Positions 51,076-59,708 of a stretch of 64,000 bases of DNA are shown here, in pieces. The stretch is from Alphaproteobacteria bacterium. GTDB taxonomy: Bacteria; Pseudomonadota; Alphaproteobacteria; JAUHZY01. The translations under genes were made by a program, and so were the position numbers. The number at the start of each line of letters is the position of its first letter. The first letter of the stretch is position 1. Below the pieces are notes generated by a model. It worked only from the letters and a program-made list of their open reading frames with translations, was not told the DNA's origin and did not search any database. Where the stretch lies: NCBI GenBank assembly GCA_030425825.1, contig JAUHZY010000001.1:838834-902833 (forward strand), in the 5' to 3' direction.

Positions 51076-54000
51076 ATGACTGTTTATAAATACACAGAAG
51101 CTCTTAAGTCACCTTGGGCAGTACTTGACTTTGATCCATCAGCAGATGTGCTCAACTTTTCTGGCGTGGCCCTTTCAAAGATATATCTGATTCTTGATGA
51201 TAGAGGCGTTTTGTTTGTCGCACCTAATTATGGTTCTCTGTTTGTTCCAGGCTTATCACTTTCTGAAATATCTGTAGGAGGTGCCAACGCAAATATAGTT
51301 GGCCACGGCAACGCACAGCTTGTTGTTTCAGAAGATAATACAGGTCTCGACACAATGCCAGCAGCCGAATACACCTACGGCGATGGTGGATCAAATAGCC
51401 TTTCAGGCTCTGAGACCACAGACTTTATTTACGGTTTTGAAGGTAGAGACACTATTATTGGTGGTGAAGGTAATGACACCCTCCTCGGGGACGAAGGCAA
51501 TGACTCTATCGTTGGTGGTGATGATGACGATGTTATCCACGGCAATGGTGGCGAAGATGATATTGACGGAGATGATGGACACGACTTTTTACGCGGCGGA
51601 AAAGAAGATGACTCTATAAGGGGCGGCCTTGGGAATGACAGCCTTTATGGAGATAAAGGAAATGATACGCTGCTTGGCGAAAACGGTGAAGACCAGCTTT
51701 ACGGCGGCGAAGGCAATGACAGTCTTGTTGGCGACGACAATAATGATTTTCTTCAAGGGAATGAAGGTGAAGACCAGCTTTATGGTGGCGATGATCACGA
51801 CACAATTCGTGGCGGAAAAGACAATGATACAATTGATGGGGAAGAAGGAAACGACAGCCTGCTTGGCGATCTTGGTGATGACTTTATTGTTGGCAACAGC
51901 GGGCATGACTTTATAGAAGGCGGCGCAAGTCGTGACACAATCGATGGCGGTAATAACAATGATACACTGCAAGGTGGTGAGAACAATGACAGCCTTGTCG
52001 GGGGCATGGGTGATGACTCTATAAGAGGTGGAAAACACGAAGATATTCTTATCGGTGGAAGCGGAAATGACGTCGCAAAAGGCGATCTTGGGGATGATGC
52101 GGTTACTGGAGGGTCCAATAATGACTTCCTAGAAGGTGGTGACGGCACAGATACATTTTATTTTCACTATGATATGTGCGTTGTCAGCAGAGATGCCTCC
52201 ATCGACAACACAGACCAAATTATTGGGGATGGTGACGATACCATTAACGACTTTGAAGCCGCAACTGACCTTTTATATATTGAGTTAAACAATGCCGTCA
52301 CAGTTGTCGACAACGAAGGCGCTTCAGTTTACTACGACGCAGCACAAATATCTGTTGATGCAAGCAGCGGAGATATTTTCATCTGGGCCGCAGGATCGAC
52401 AAACAACCATGCTATACGTCTGGTAGGGCAGGATGTTGCATCTGAAGATTTCAGCGCAACAAACCTGGATCAATTAATAAATGATTATAATTTCAACATT
52501 ACCTTTGACAATATTGATGACGCACAAACAATCAATGGCACCGCTGCTGCAGATGACATCACCGGTGGCAATGCGAATGATATTATTTATGCATCCGGAA
52601 ATGATGATATTGTTGATGGTTATCTTGGTGATGATTCTATCAATGGCGGAGACGGCGATGATACACTAGACGGTGGGGCAGGAAACGACACAAGTCGTGG
52701 AAATACAGGTGATGATATTCTTTATGGGGATGTTGGCAATGACTCTCTTCTTGGGGAAAATGGCAATGATACACTAGATGGTGGCAGTGGTAATGATGCC
52801 CTTATTGGCGGACTGGGCGACGATGTTTATATTATAGATGGTAATGATACAATCACAGAGGCAGCAGCCCAGGGAACAGACGAAGTACAAGCTACAGAAA
52901 GCTATACACTTGCCGCAAACCTTGAGAATCTTACTCTCCTTGGAACAGAAAACTTAAGTGGAACAGGAAACACTTCCGACAACAGTATTACTGGAAATGA
53001 TGGCGGCAATACACTTAATGGCGGGAATGGTGATGATACACTATACGGAGATAGTGGTCATGATACAGCCTATGGTGGTGATGATGATGACAGCATTGAT
53101 GGGGGATCAGGGAATGATGTCTTAGAGGGTGGCGACGGGAATGATACTTTAAGCGGTGGCGATAACAATGACACCTTAGATGGGGGAACAGGAAACGATA
53201 TTATCTTTGGCGGCAGTGGAGTTGATAACATTTTGGGTGGTGAAGGCAACGATATCCTGCGCGGCGGTGATGGAAACGACACCATCGGCGGTGGAGCAGG
53301 CGATGATACAGTCCGCGGAGACAATAATGATGACAGCCTTTTAGGAGGAGATGGCAACGATATCGTCGGTGGCGGAAATGGCGACGACACACTCGAAGGT
53401 AATGCAGGAAATGATAGCCTCCTCGGCGGATCCGGCAATGACAGAATGACTGACAGTTTTGGAGAAAACAGCTTTGCTGCTGGCACTGGGGATGACATCG
53501 TTGTTGCGGGCGATTCTGCTGATGATATTTCTGGCGATGATGGTGATGACACATTAAACGGAAACGACGGTGATGATACAATGCATGGCGGTAGCGGCAA
53601 TGATACCGTGCTTGGTGGCACTGGTGATGACACACTCAATGGTGGCGATGATGATGATACGCTTGAAGGTGGCAACGGAGAGGATAGCATCGCAGGTGAT
53701 AGCGGGAATGATACGCTTGAAGGCGACGATGGGGATGACACACTTTTTGGCAATGACGGCGAAGATACAGTACTTGGTGGAACTGGGGATGATACGCTTC
53801 ATGGCGGCAGCGGGAATGACTCACTAGAAGGTAACGATGGTGACGACAGCATCCTTGGCGGCACAGGAAACGATACATTGTCAGGTAATACTGGTGACGA
53901 CACGCTTCATGGTGGCAGCGGGAATGACTCACTAGAAGGTAATGATGGGGATGATAGCATCCTTGGCGGCACAGGAAATGATACGATCCGAGGGGAAAGC

Positions 54001-54561
54001 GATGATGATACTCTTCTTGGTGGAACTGGAGAAGACAGCATCCTTGGCGGTGATAGCGCTGACGTTATTCTTGGCGGCAAAAGCTCTGATACACTTAGCG
54101 GTGGAACAGGAAATGACTCTATATCAGGTGAATCTGGCGCAGATTACCTCTTTGGCGGCGTTGGCAATGATACGCTTGAAGGTGGCGAAGATGTCGATAC
54201 CTTTGTTTTCTCATACGATATGGGCGACCTAGACTTTGCTGCCAGCAGAGATAAACTAGGCAGTATTACAGGTGATGGATATGACTTTGTTATGGACTTT
54301 TCTGTCGGCACAGACGTCTTAGACATCAGGTTTGACAATACACAAGGCGTCAACAGCGGTGGTGCCCTTGTCAGCTATACAGCAGGACTTGTCTCTATCG
54401 TATCTCAAGGCTTGGGGGTTGTAGACATCTTTATTGACACACAAACAAGTGGCGTTCAGCTTATCAGACTAATGAATCAAGGTGGAATTGCCGGGAACAA
54501 CTTAAGTGAACTAGACAGTATAGATGGTTACAACATTATTTTTAACGGCGTCGTGCTTTAA
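51076..54561 (+). CDS. Giant RTX-repeat Ca-binding protein (putative type I secretion substrate, 1161 aa)
   Basis: Dozens of GGxGxDxxx nonapeptides (GGEGNDTLLGDEGNDSIVGGDDDD...). Two blocks (DTFYFHYDM...GDGDDTINDFEAATDLLYIEL and DTFVFSYDM...DFVMDFSVGTDVLDIRFD) resemble T1SS C-terminal target domains. Confidence 0.85.
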   Translation: MTVYKYTEALKSPWAVLDFDPSADVLNFSGVALSKIYLILDDRGVLFVAPNYGSLFVPGLSLSEISVGGANANIVGHGNAQLVVSEDNTGLDTMPAAEYTYGDGGSNSLSGSETTDFIYGFEGRDTIIGGEGNDTLLGDEGNDSIVGGDDDDVIHGNGGEDDIDGDDGHDFLRGGKEDDSIRGGLGNDSLYGDKGNDTLLGENGEDQLYGGEGNDSLVGDDNNDFLQGNEGEDQLYGGDDHDTIRGGKDNDTIDGEEGNDSLLGDLGDDFIVGNSGHDFIEGGASRDTIDGGNNNDTLQGGENNDSLVGGMGDDSIRGGKHEDILIGGSGNDVAKGDLGDDAVTGGSNNDFLEGGDGTDTFYFHYDMCVVSRDASIDNTDQIIGDGDDTINDFEAATDLLYIELNNAVTVVDNEGASVYYDAAQISVDASSGDIFIWAAGSTNNHAIRLVGQDVASEDFSATNLDQLINDYNFNITFDNIDDAQTINGTAAADDITGGNANDIIYASGNDDIVDGYLGDDSINGGDGDDTLDGGAGNDTSRGNTGDDILYGDVGNDSLLGENGNDTLDGGSGNDALIGGLGDDVYIIDGNDTITEAAAQGTDEVQATESYTLAANLENLTLLGTENLSGTGNTSDNSITGNDGGNTLNGGNGDDTLYGDSGHDTAYGGDDDDSIDGGSGNDVLEGGDGNDTLSGGDNNDTLDGGTGNDIIFGGSGVDNILGGEGNDILRGGDGNDTIGGGAGDDTVRGDNNDDSLLGGDGNDIVGGGNGDDTLEGNAGNDSLLGGSGNDRMTDSFGENSFAAGTGDDIVVAGDSADDISGDDGDDTLNGNDGDDTMHGGSGNDTVLGGTGDDTLNGGDDDDTLEGGNGEDSIAGDSGNDTLEGDDGDDTLFGNDGEDTVLGGTGDDTLHGGSGNDSLEGNDGDDSILGGTGNDTLSGNTGDDTLHGGSGNDSLEGNDGDDSILGGTGNDTIRGESDDDTLLGGTGEDSILGGDSADVILGGKSSDTLSGGTGNDSISGESGADYLFGGVGNDTLEGGEDVDTFVFSYDMGDLDFAASRDKLGSITGDGYDFVMDFSVGTDVLDIRFDNTQGVNSGGALVSYTAGLVSIVSQGLGVVDIFIDTQTSGVQLIRLMNQGGIAGNNLSELDSIDGYNIIFNGVVL
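53794..54009 (+). repeat. 108-nt tandem duplication inside the RTX gene
   Basis: Unit 53794-53876 versus 53902-53984 are near-identical. Each encodes TLHGGSGNDSLEGNDGDDSILGGTGNDT. Confidence 0.6.
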
Positions 54562-55955
54562 CGTCGATCATCAGAGTCAGTTGCTTCCAACAATGTTTCA
54601 AACATTTCATCTGCTGTCTTAACAACTGCAGCATTCGCTTTGTAAGCCGCACTTGCAATCATCATATCGGTTATTTCATCATCCAGGGAAACATTACTCT
54701 GCTCAATCGAATTAGCAGAGATACTACCTATTCCCGCATTGCCTGGTGTTGTTACAAAAGGCTGCCCTGAATACGCAGAAACCTCATATGCATTTCCTCG
54801 CACCTGCTTTAATCCGGAATAATTGTTAAAATCTGCAACAGCAACCTGTGAAACATTTTGCGTTGTTCCATTTTCAAATGAAGCAACTACAGCCCCTTTT
54901 GAATCAATAGAAACATCCTGAAGTTGACCAGACTGCTTGCCATCTTGTGACAGAGCTTGAACGCCGATACTACTTCCTGCAAAACTTGTCGTGCTGGATG
55001 TCACCTTGCCTATTTCTCCAAGATTAATAGAAACATTTTGTGGTGATGCGGGACGATACGTCCCGCCACTGAAGTCAAGCTGTATACCAAATGACCCCGC
55101 ACCTGTCGCAGCGCCGAAAGTGGCTGCCCCTGTACCATGTACTGGCCCGGATGTTGGATAAACACCTGCCAAAGCACCATTTGAATCAAATTCAACCCCC
55201 ACCTCGAAGAAGCTCTGCGATCCCCCTAAACTTGGCGCATCTATTTGCAGATTGGCCCCTGATACTGCAGAGCTTCCCGAAACACTTAGAATATATTTGT
55301 TGCCACCAGCAGAGCCAAACGAAGACGCTAAGCCACCTGCTGGGTCAAGCTTTGTAAAATTAAGTTCCAATGTATGTTCACCACCAAGCGAGTCAACAAC
55401 TTTTGTCTGAATAGGCCCTTGTACATTTGCAAGTGATGATGCGCTGGCAGCCGCAGCAATATCTGCATCTGAAGATGTCGCCGCGTTAGATGGCACGTTG
55501 GCTTGCAAAGATACCTGAGATGTTGGAACAGGACCGCTTGTAAGTTCAGAAACCTTTATTGGAGACAATGCGCCAGCCCCTCCTTCTGATGGGAACCCAA
55601 GCAAATAATAGCCTGCACTATTTCTCAAAAATCCATCTCCGTCTGGCGCAAAATCACCCGATCTTGTGTAAAACTGCCCACCATTCCCATCGGATCTGTC
55701 GCTGACAGCAAAAAGTCCAGGTCCATTAAGGGCTAGATTTGTTGAAACATCTGTTGATGTTTGACTCCCTCCGATGCCCACTGTGTAAACAGGGTGCGTT
55801 TTGACGCCGCCAGAGGATGTTGTTTGGTAACGTGTATCAACACGAGAATAGCCAGAACTTGAAGCGTTTGAGATATTTTGTGAAATATTATTTAAACCAC
55901 GCGAAAAGGCGTTGAGACCTGATACACCGTTAATTAATGAGCTATATAATGTCAT
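54558..55955 (-). CDS. FlgE-like hook-family protein (paralogue 3, divergent)
   Basis: N-terminal MTLYSSLINGVSGLNAF..ISQNISNASSSGYSR, C-terminal SNVSLDDEITDMMIASAAYKANAAVV. 3' end overlaps RTX gene stop by 4 nt (convergent). Confidence 0.75.
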   Translation of the reverse strand: MTLYSSLINGVSGLNAFSRGLNNISQNISNASSSGYSRVDTRYQTTSSGGVKTHPVYTVGIGGSQTSTDVSTNLALNGPGLFAVSDRSDGNGGQFYTRSGDFAPDGDGFLRNSAGYYLLGFPSEGGAGALSPIKVSELTSGPVPTSQVSLQANVPSNAATSSDADIAAAASASSLANVQGPIQTKVVDSLGGEHTLELNFTKLDPAGGLASSFGSAGGNKYILSVSGSSAVSGANLQIDAPSLGGSQSFFEVGVEFDSNGALAGVYPTSGPVHGTGAATFGAATGAGSFGIQLDFSGGTYRPASPQNVSINLGEIGKVTSSTTSFAGSSIGVQALSQDGKQSGQLQDVSIDSKGAVVASFENGTTQNVSQVAVADFNNYSGLKQVRGNAYEVSAYSGQPFVTTPGNAGIGSISANSIEQSNVSLDDEITDMMIASAAYKANAAVVKTADEMFETLLEATDSDDRR

Positions 55956-56055
55956 ATCGTGCGCTCCTTTTTGGCTAGCACTTCGCTTCTCGTTATTAAG
56001 AACAACTTTTGACCATTATAGCACAATTTTTAAGCACATTGAACCCCTGCGGAAG

Positions 56056-57255
56056 CTAGGAAACTTCAAGCCATTTTGACATTTCTTCTTGAATTGAATC
56101 ACTTTTTATCGCCTGGCGAACACTGCTCATTAGATCATTCATAAAATGAATATTGTGAATCGCAAGAAGCTGCATTCCTAACATTTCTTTTGCTTTGAAA
56201 AGGTGATGGATATATCCCCTACTATGTGTCTGGCAAGTATAACAACCGCATGATGTGTCCAACGGCTCTGGATCATTTTTGAATCTGGCATTCACTAAAT
56301 TCAGATTTGTTTCACGCCCCTTTATATAAGCGCTTCCATGCCGCGCAATACGTGTCGGTGTTACACAGTCAAAGGTATCAATCCCACGCTGCACACCTTC
56401 CCAAACATCACGAATACCACCAATTCCTAGAAGGTGTACAGGGCAATCACGGCGCACATAATCCATTGCCATGGATGTTACGTCATACATTTGTTCTTTA
56501 GAGCTTCCAAGACAACCGCCCACAGCAATACCAAAAAAATCTTGCTCTGAAGCAAATTCAGCGCTTTCTTTTCGAAGGTCGGCATAAACACCTCCCTGTA
56601 CGATACCATATAGTGCTTGAGGTTTTTTTGTTGCTGGACTTACAGTATCTTTTCTAAACTGCTCAAGCCCACGCTTTGCCCAACGATGAGACATGCGCAT
56701 TGAGTTTGCTGTATAATCTTTTGTAACATGAAAAGGCGTGCACTCATCAAGAACAAGGATAATATCAGCCCCAATTTTCCGTTGAATCTCGATAGCTGAT
56801 TCTGGTGTTAATGTTTTAATAGATCCATCAATATAAGATTTAAATCTTGCGCCAGACTCGTCAATTCCCAGGAGTGACTTTTTGCGCTTTTGACTTTGCT
56901 GCTCCCCTTTGATTTCTGCAACAACACCACCATGTCCTAGCGAAAACACCTGAAAACCACCAGAGTCCGTCAACATAGGGCCATCCCAACCTGTAAACTT
57001 ATGCAAACCGCCCATTTCACAGATCAGGTCTTCACCTGGCTGCAAATGTAAGTGATACGTGTTGCCTAGAATAATTTGTGTATTTTCATCTTTTGTTTGC
57101 TTGATCGTCGCAATTTTCATTGCAGCTTTGGTCGCACAAAAAATAAAAGCAGGTGTCTCAAGTGGGCCATGAGGTGTGTTTAAGGTCCCAATTCTGGCAC
57201 GACTTTTCTGTGATGTATAATGTATATCGAAAGAAAACTCAGGGTAAGAGTCCAT
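56056..57255 (-). CDS. tgt: Queuine tRNA-ribosyltransferase
   Basis: TDSGGFQV...LGIGG... Zn site CGCYTC..H. Confidence 0.9.
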   Translation of the reverse strand: MDSYPEFSFDIHYTSQKSRARIGTLNTPHGPLETPAFIFCATKAAMKIATIKQTKDENTQIILGNTYHLHLQPGEDLICEMGGLHKFTGWDGPMLTDSGGFQVFSLGHGGVVAEIKGEQQSQKRKKSLLGIDESGARFKSYIDGSIKTLTPESAIEIQRKIGADIILVLDECTPFHVTKDYTANSMRMSHRWAKRGLEQFRKDTVSPATKKPQALYGIVQGGVYADLRKESAEFASEQDFFGIAVGGCLGSSKEQMYDVTSMAMDYVRRDCPVHLLGIGGIRDVWEGVQRGIDTFDCVTPTRIARHGSAYIKGRETNLNLVNARFKNDPEPLDTSCGCYTCQTHSRGYIHHLFKAKEMLGMQLLAIHNIHFMNDLMSSVRQAIKSDSIQEEMSKWLEVS

Positions 57256-57263
57256 AACAGCGG

Positions 57264-58037
57264 TTACCGGCCTTTAGGAACAAAATATTTAGCCAAATAT
57301 AAAAACGGTGTATCAAGTAAAGAAATGACAACACGCAAGCCAAACGTCCCCAAAATATATGTGAAGATAAGCGTATGAGTATCAACAGGGTTATCAGAAA
57401 AAATAATCCAAGCGAAAACGTTGAAAATAATACTATCAATAATAGCTGACAGAATTGTCGAAACATTATTTCTTAGCCACAAGGCACGTTGCCCTGTAAG
57501 ACGCTTCAGCCATGAGAACATCCAAATATCATAATATTGACTGCAAAGATAAGCGATCATACTCGCCGCGAATATAGCAGGCGCAGGCATAAATAAGGAA
57601 GTCATATGACCGTGGTTAGCAACAGCCCAAGACATATCAGGGCCAACAGCAGAAGCTGGTGCAGGCGCATACCCCATGCCCAGAACCATAATAACAGTCA
57701 TTAAGATATAGCCAGAAAAGCCGAGCCAAATACCGCGCCGCGCTTTTTCTTTACCATAAAACTCAGTCAATATGTCTGTACAAAGATATGTAAGCGCGAA
57801 AATTTCTGTGCCCAAAGCCACGGGATGACCATAAAAGGGAAAACTGACGACTTTTAAAACTTGAATATTTGCTGCGATGACACCGACAACAATAAAAACA
57901 TAAAGACCTACTGCGCCAAAAAAGCGCAACATAAACAAAACCGCGGAAAAACAAAAAACTGTCATGAGGCCAAGAACGTAAGGTGTTGGCAACCCTCCCA
58001 AATATGAAACGATTTCGGTTGGGTATAATCCTAACAT
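57264..58037 (-). CDS. yhhQ: Queuosine precursor transporter (YhhQ/DUF165 family)
   Basis: 6-TM protein with the YhhQ-family pattern. Adjacent to tgt. Confidence 0.8.
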   Translation of the reverse strand: MLGLYPTEIVSYLGGLPTPYVLGLMTVFCFSAVLFMLRFFGAVGLYVFIVVGVIAANIQVLKVVSFPFYGHPVALGTEIFALTYLCTDILTEFYGKEKARRGIWLGFSGYILMTVIMVLGMGYAPAPASAVGPDMSWAVANHGHMTSLFMPAPAIFAASMIAYLCSQYYDIWMFSWLKRLTGQRALWLRNNVSTILSAIIDSIIFNVFAWIIFSDNPVDTHTLIFTYILGTFGLRVVISLLDTPFLYLAKYFVPKGR

Positions 58038-58646
58038 CTATTTTTGCCCTTGTTCTTGCTTTTCTTTTCTTTTTTTCTCTTGATGAGCTTTTTTAAGTCT
58101 CTCGTACTCATCTTTTGCATACTGAAAGTTCTTTACAATCACCCAAAAACCACCGTGTTCACCATAGTTTTGAAGCTTTGCAACCATAAAGCGAGATTCA
58201 ATTTTTGGAAACCACCACCCTAATTGCTCTTGAATCAGATGCGCGTTGCGGCCATCTGACAATGTTTTAGCTGCTGGGTATGTTGCAACGTTAAAAAAGC
58301 CATGGCCTTTTGTAACGCGCTGCAAGTCATCAAGAACATTATCAAGTAAGTCAGGCTCAATATGCTCTAGAACATCTGTGCAAACCACAAAGTCTGCGGG
58401 CTCAGCTGGCGCAGAAAGCTCTTCAAAAGCGGGATCGTAACCTTTGATATTCAAGTGAGGAAGAGATCTTGCAAGCGTCTGCTTCCCACATCCATAATCT
58501 AGAATTGTTTCTGCCTTCATATTTGTCGCAAGGCGGTCTATTTTTTTTGCCCATCTAGAGCCCGACACGCCATAAAACTTATTAGATTCATGAAGATCAG
58601 CATTTTGACGTCTGTACTCTTCACTAATCAGTGCATTTGAAGACAT
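58038..58646 (-). CDS. Class I SAM-dependent methyltransferase
   Basis: Motif I ILDYGCGKQTLA, post-I acidic residue. Downstream K/E-rich tail. Confidence 0.7.
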   Translation of the reverse strand: MSSNALISEEYRRQNADLHESNKFYGVSGSRWAKKIDRLATNMKAETILDYGCGKQTLARSLPHLNIKGYDPAFEELSAPAEPADFVVCTDVLEHIEPDLLDNVLDDLQRVTKGHGFFNVATYPAAKTLSDGRNAHLIQEQLGWWFPKIESRFMVAKLQNYGEHGGFWVIVKNFQYAKDEYERLKKAHQEKKRKEKQEQGQK

Positions 58647-58662
58647 TAACTACTCCTTAGAA

Positions 58663-58947
58663 TTAGCTAGCTTTTTTCATTTTTTGCAAACGTTTTTTCA
58701 GCTTTAAAGATTCTGTAGAAAGCTTACTGTTTGCTGTGTTTTCAAGATATGCCTCGATACCACCATTTTTTTCAATCGTACGCAAAGCAGCAACAGAAAT
58801 ACGCATGCTAACTTTACCTAAAGTTTCACTGAAGAACCCGACTGATTGAAGGTTTGGCATAAAACGACGACGTGTTTTATTGTTCGCGTGAGAAACATTA
58901 TTCCCCGTCTGAACAGACTTACCTGAAACTTGACAACGTTTCGACAT
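58663..58947 (-). CDS. rpmB: 50S ribosomal protein L28
   Basis: [26 protein letters not shown]. Confidence 0.9.
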   Translation of the reverse strand: MSKRCQVSGKSVQTGNNVSHANNKTRRRFMPNLQSVGFFSETLGKVSMRISVAALRTIEKNGGIEAYLENTANSKLSTESLKLKKRLQKMKKAS

Positions 58948-59075
58948 TGTTCAATCCCTTTTTTATTTGTTGTAGTGAGCGTGGCATTATATTAGCATTA
59001 ATCTTCTGGTCAAACCTTTTTTTGTAAAAATAACGAACTATATAATAAAAAACAGGATTATAACGAGATTGTAAT

Positions 59076-59624
59076 ATGAGAAAAGCAACCATTGAACATA
59101 CAACACACCACTCTTCTGTCACAATAACCATCAACCTTGATGGCACAGGAGAGCACAATATAGACACAGGCATTGGCTACATGGACCATATGCTTAGCCA
59201 AATGTCAAAACACGGTCGTATCGACTTAGATGTGAAAGCAAAAGGCGACTATGAAGTAGATGACCACCATACGGTCGAAGACATGGGAAACGTCCTTGGT
59301 GAAGCAATTTTAAAAGCCATTGAAACAAACTCTGGCATTGAAAGATATGGTGATTCACTGATTGCCTTAGACGAAAGTCTTGTGCAGTGTGCACTAGACC
59401 TCTCAAACCGCCCCTACCTTGTCTGGAAAGTTGACTTTGAACGCGACAAAGTTGGTAATTTTGATACGGAACTTTTTAAAGAGTTTTTCTACTGCACAGC
59501 AATGTCTTCTAAAATGACGCTTCACTTTCAACAAATAGAAGGCATCAATTGTCATCACATTTCAGAAGCATGCTTTAAAGCTTTTGGGCGCGCTCTTAAA
59601 AAAGCTTGTAAGAAAATATCCTAA
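59076..59624 (+). CDS. hisB: Imidazoleglycerol-phosphate dehydratase
   Basis: IDTGIGYMDHMLSQM...DDHHTVEDMG. Confidence 0.9.
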   Translation: MRKATIEHTTHHSSVTITINLDGTGEHNIDTGIGYMDHMLSQMSKHGRIDLDVKAKGDYEVDDHHTVEDMGNVLGEAILKAIETNSGIERYGDSLIALDESLVQCALDLSNRPYLVWKVDFERDKVGNFDTELFKEFFYCTAMSSKMTLHFQQIEGINCHHISEACFKAFGRALKKACKKIS

Positions 59625-59708
59625 ATTATGTATTGAGCCAAAGGACTAAACTGTATAAAAGGTGAAACCTTCTTAACAATTCCCTTAGAGACCAAAAACG
59701 AATAGATA

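Noticed and set aside
51299-54353. Many 60-230-aa ORFs on other frames and on the opposite strand within the RTX gene (Ser/Pro- or His/Cys/Arg-rich translations)
   Set aside because: Artefacts of the GGTGGCGATGAT-type codon periodicity of the nonapeptide repeats. Low-complexity, no RBS, fully overlapped by the 1161-aa ORF.
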